From Lama guanicoe (Eukaryota), in NCBI GenBank assembly GCA_013239625.1, contig MU053934.1, positions 4,978,399 to 5,042,398 of the forward strand: a stretch of DNA of 64,000 bases. The letters are read 5' to 3'. A program made the position numbers and the translations under genes. A model generated the notes under the pieces. That model had not been told where the DNA came from. It made no database searches and worked only from the letters and a program-made list of their open reading frames with translations. Shown here piece after piece: positions 61,147-64,000 of the stretch. Numbering within the stretch: position 1 is the first letter of the stretch; the number at the start of each line of letters is the position of its first letter.

Positions 61147-63619
61147 TTCTGTGTATGAAATGCCCCAGGTCACACTGCATATACCCACCGTCCTTTCCAG
61201 GCTCTCCCTCGTACTCTGAATGCCCTTCTGCACACAGACATTTGACCACCTCTGCCCAGGAACTCTCACTAATACTCCCCTCTCCCAACCACCCCTCCTG
61301 ACCATACCTCTTTAGCTCCTCCACAGCATTTCACACAAACTCCATTCAAGGCACTTACGATCTGGCCTCACATGACAGTAATTTACCAGCAGGCCCAGCT
61401 TCCAAGCTCTCTGCATCCCGAGCAGCCACCTCTCGCTGCTGCCTGACCCCGTGTGATCCTGATTGTCTGCTTACATGGTGGCTCCTCCACCCCCAGAGGT
61501 CTGTACAGGTCAGGGCTGGGTCTGACTCAGTGTCCAGAGCAGCAGAAGGGGGATAAATATTTGATGAATGAGTGAGTGGGTGAGCCCTCCACTGGTCTGA
61601 GAGCAGATCCTTGCGGGTTTGTCTTTGTATCTTCCCAGCATCTAACCCAAGTCGGGGCCTCAGACGGGGGCTTGGTATGCCTTCCTTGAATTGTTAAACT
61701 GCGCTTCTACACATTTAGAATTCCATCAGAAGGCCAAAGCCCTCCTTCTTTTAAAATTCTGTCCCTTGTAGCCACTGTAAAGACGAAAGTGGAGAGGGGC
61801 ATGTTGGCTGAGCCTCCGGGGAGGTCTGTATCGTGGTGGTAGACATGCTCTGTCCGCTCCCTCCTCCAGAGATAGGTAACGAGCCCCAGGAGGCTCACAG
61901 CTGTTTTCAAGGCCAGCTCTTGACTGCCCGGGCAGTTCACTCCCGGAATGCTCTTTCGTGGTTGGCCTTTAGTGCTGAAAGACTAAACAGCCTTTGTCAT
62001 TAGAAGGTACAAAACAAACTGACTAGCTCACTGCCAAACCACCCCCTCCAGACTGTGAGTTCCCAAGGGTGAAGGCCCCAGCTCCTTCCTCTCTCTGTTC
62101 CCAGCACCTAACTGCAAACAGTAGGTGCTCACTAGATGCCAATCCCAGAATGGTGAGCCAGACAGTGGACAGGGAACTCCTGCCAAATTACTTGCTCCCG
62201 TGTCTCCTGTGAGAAAAACATTTAAAAAGTCAAGAGTTGGATGTTTCGTGTCCATGTCACAACTTCTGGCCCCGCAGCTGCTCCCCGCACCAGACTTAGA
62301 TTTCCCACTAGAATTTGCCAGTCGATATTAAAAAGAAAGCCTCTCAACCCAGCCCATCTCTGTCTGCTTCTGTAATGCATCTAAACGTGACCCCACTTCT
62401 TCCCACTAAAATAGCGACTAAGGGGCACTAAGAGTTAATCCTACGTAATTAACTCCTTCAGCACTTCAGATTTCTGCTCTGCCTCTAAGAGCTGTAATTT
62501 CATCCAGTTTTAAAATTCTTCCAACCGTACATTTTGTCCTCTTCCCACGTCTAACTTATTCTCAGGCCATGTAACCCAGAAAATGATTTCTGGTAGGCAA
62601 CATTGTAAGAATTAAGTTACAGCAAAGTTAAGGGTAAAACCTCACATGTTTGGGCTGAGCCCCTTGCCCAGGTTTACACGATGGGGACAAGAGATAGGGG
62701 AACGGGGTGGGGGGGATGGAAAGATAAGACGAACAGGAAGCATGGCTCCGGGCCAACAACGGCAGGAGGAAACCACCTCCCCCCAAAGATTCTTCTTTGC
62801 AGAAAATGAGATTTTTTTAAAAGACCTTGCCTTCTATGCACCATAAAAAGCCTATAAATTCACCTCTCTGGGAACACAATCTCAGGCAGACCGAGCAGCA
62901 GGTGGTGGGGGAAAGTGGCTTGTATAGTGGGATAATCTTTCAGTTGCTGGAGGAGGTAGATGGGTGTGAACCACCATTCCTAAAATTACAGCCAATTTCA
63001 GGTCAGAGAACTAAGTGTAAAGTATGGTTCCTGCCACGATGAGCCAATTTCCAAATGGCCTCTTCTACCTCATCCCTGTACACCTTCGTATTTGACGTTT
63101 GCTACCCAAGCCAAACGTCGCCTTCCTGTGTGACGGGAGAAAGGAATTCCAAAGTCTTTAAATTCAGGGGAGAGGGCATGGAGCAAAATGCCCTTGTGTT
63201 CTTTATGTGAAGACCAGACACTGGTGCGGAGTTTCCTAACTCTTCTTTTGACCTAGATTTCCTGCCTCCCCCACCCACCACCCCCCTCAGCACACACGTA
63301 CCCACGCGTCCTTGGCGAGACCAACAGTCACATTTGATGTTAGAAACTATAAAGTTTTCTTTTCTCAGCAATTCTAGAACTCAAATATGGGACACACTTT
63401 TATTTCTTCAGAACAAATGATTGAATTCAAAACATACACATATAACACTTTAGAGAACTTATAAACCCTTCCGTGTCCTTCAGAACTGGAGTTCTCCCTC
63501 ATAAGAATATCATCTTTTACAGAATTATATTCTTGAAAAAAAAAAACGGTGCATAATCTCTGAAGGACTTCCAGATGCCAGGGCTTACTTGATCCTCGGG
63601 TCAGCTCCGTGAGGTGCTG

Positions 63620-63710
63620 GCTAGTTTTTATTGCCCCCATTTTGCAGATGGAAATTGACTCGTCAAAGGTCATACACTTAGTGACAGAGACAAGCTAGGA
63701 CCTAAGCCTC
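63620..63710 (-). mobile_element. MIR core fragment
   Basis: ttattgcccccattttgcagatggaaattgactcgtcaaaggtcatacacttagtgacagag. Confidence 0.65.
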
Positions 63711-64000
63711 CTCATTCCCAAACTAAAAGTCCCCCTTCTTCCACCTCAGGTGTGACATTAGAAATAGGTCATCACTGCTTCTCAATTACTTAGCTCTCTT
63801 CAATTCTCTTCCCAAACTCTGGGACAGAGAAAAACTTGTGGTTTCAACTCCACCAATTTCAAGTGACTGCAGGATCCCAAACTCCAGCCACAACCTCTCC
63901 ATCAAGTCCAGACACACACCTCCAACTGCTCACAGAGTTTTCCTCCTCAGACCTCCCAGGGGCAACTTGATTCACCCACACGCGGTCTGAAGTCCAGGAG

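Noticed and set aside
59000..64000. GRAP2 exon 3
   Set aside because: No sequence continuing the SH3 domain with suitable splice sites was seen. It probably lies beyond the window.
1..64000. CRISPR arrays, operons, defence systems or other prokaryotic features
   Set aside because: The sequence is mammalian, with spliced genes and LINE/SINE content. No repeat-spacer array or gene-dense region is present.

Overview
Mammalian genomic DNA, very probably a camelid: it carries two tRNA-Ala-derived SINEs of the Vic-1 type and matching young L1 3' ends, and no Alu, Bov-tA or PRE-1 elements were noticed. The window spans the head-to-head ENTHD1/GRAP2 locus. On the minus strand lies the first coding exon of ENTHD1 (ENTH domain, ATG 8753, donor at 8405/8404), with a CpG-island promoter at about 12.8-13.15 kb. 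On the plus strand lies GRAP2 (GADS/Mona): a non-coding first exon ending at 18770, a 40,087-bp first intron, and the first coding exon 58858-58949 (N-terminal SH3 start, MEAIAKFDFIASGEDELSFHAGDVLK), which the ORF track misses. The rest is intronic or intergenic DNA rich in L1, L2, L3/CR1, MIR and DNA-transposon relics, with several candidate haematopoietic enhancers. I found no new multi-gene system. The most intriguing signal is in the GRAP2 leader: two candidate first exons both splice in phase 0 into the same out-of-frame reading frame over the GRAP2 start codon, and a cryptic 5' splice site inside exon 2 would put that frame in register with the rest of GRAP2. Other notable items are an NF-E2/GATA enhancer-like cluster, a perfect G-quadruplex motif, a 5'-inverted L1 with an internal duplication, a 39-bp L1 insertion and a 37-bp templated copy. 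Repeat family names and boundaries were assigned by eye and are approximate.
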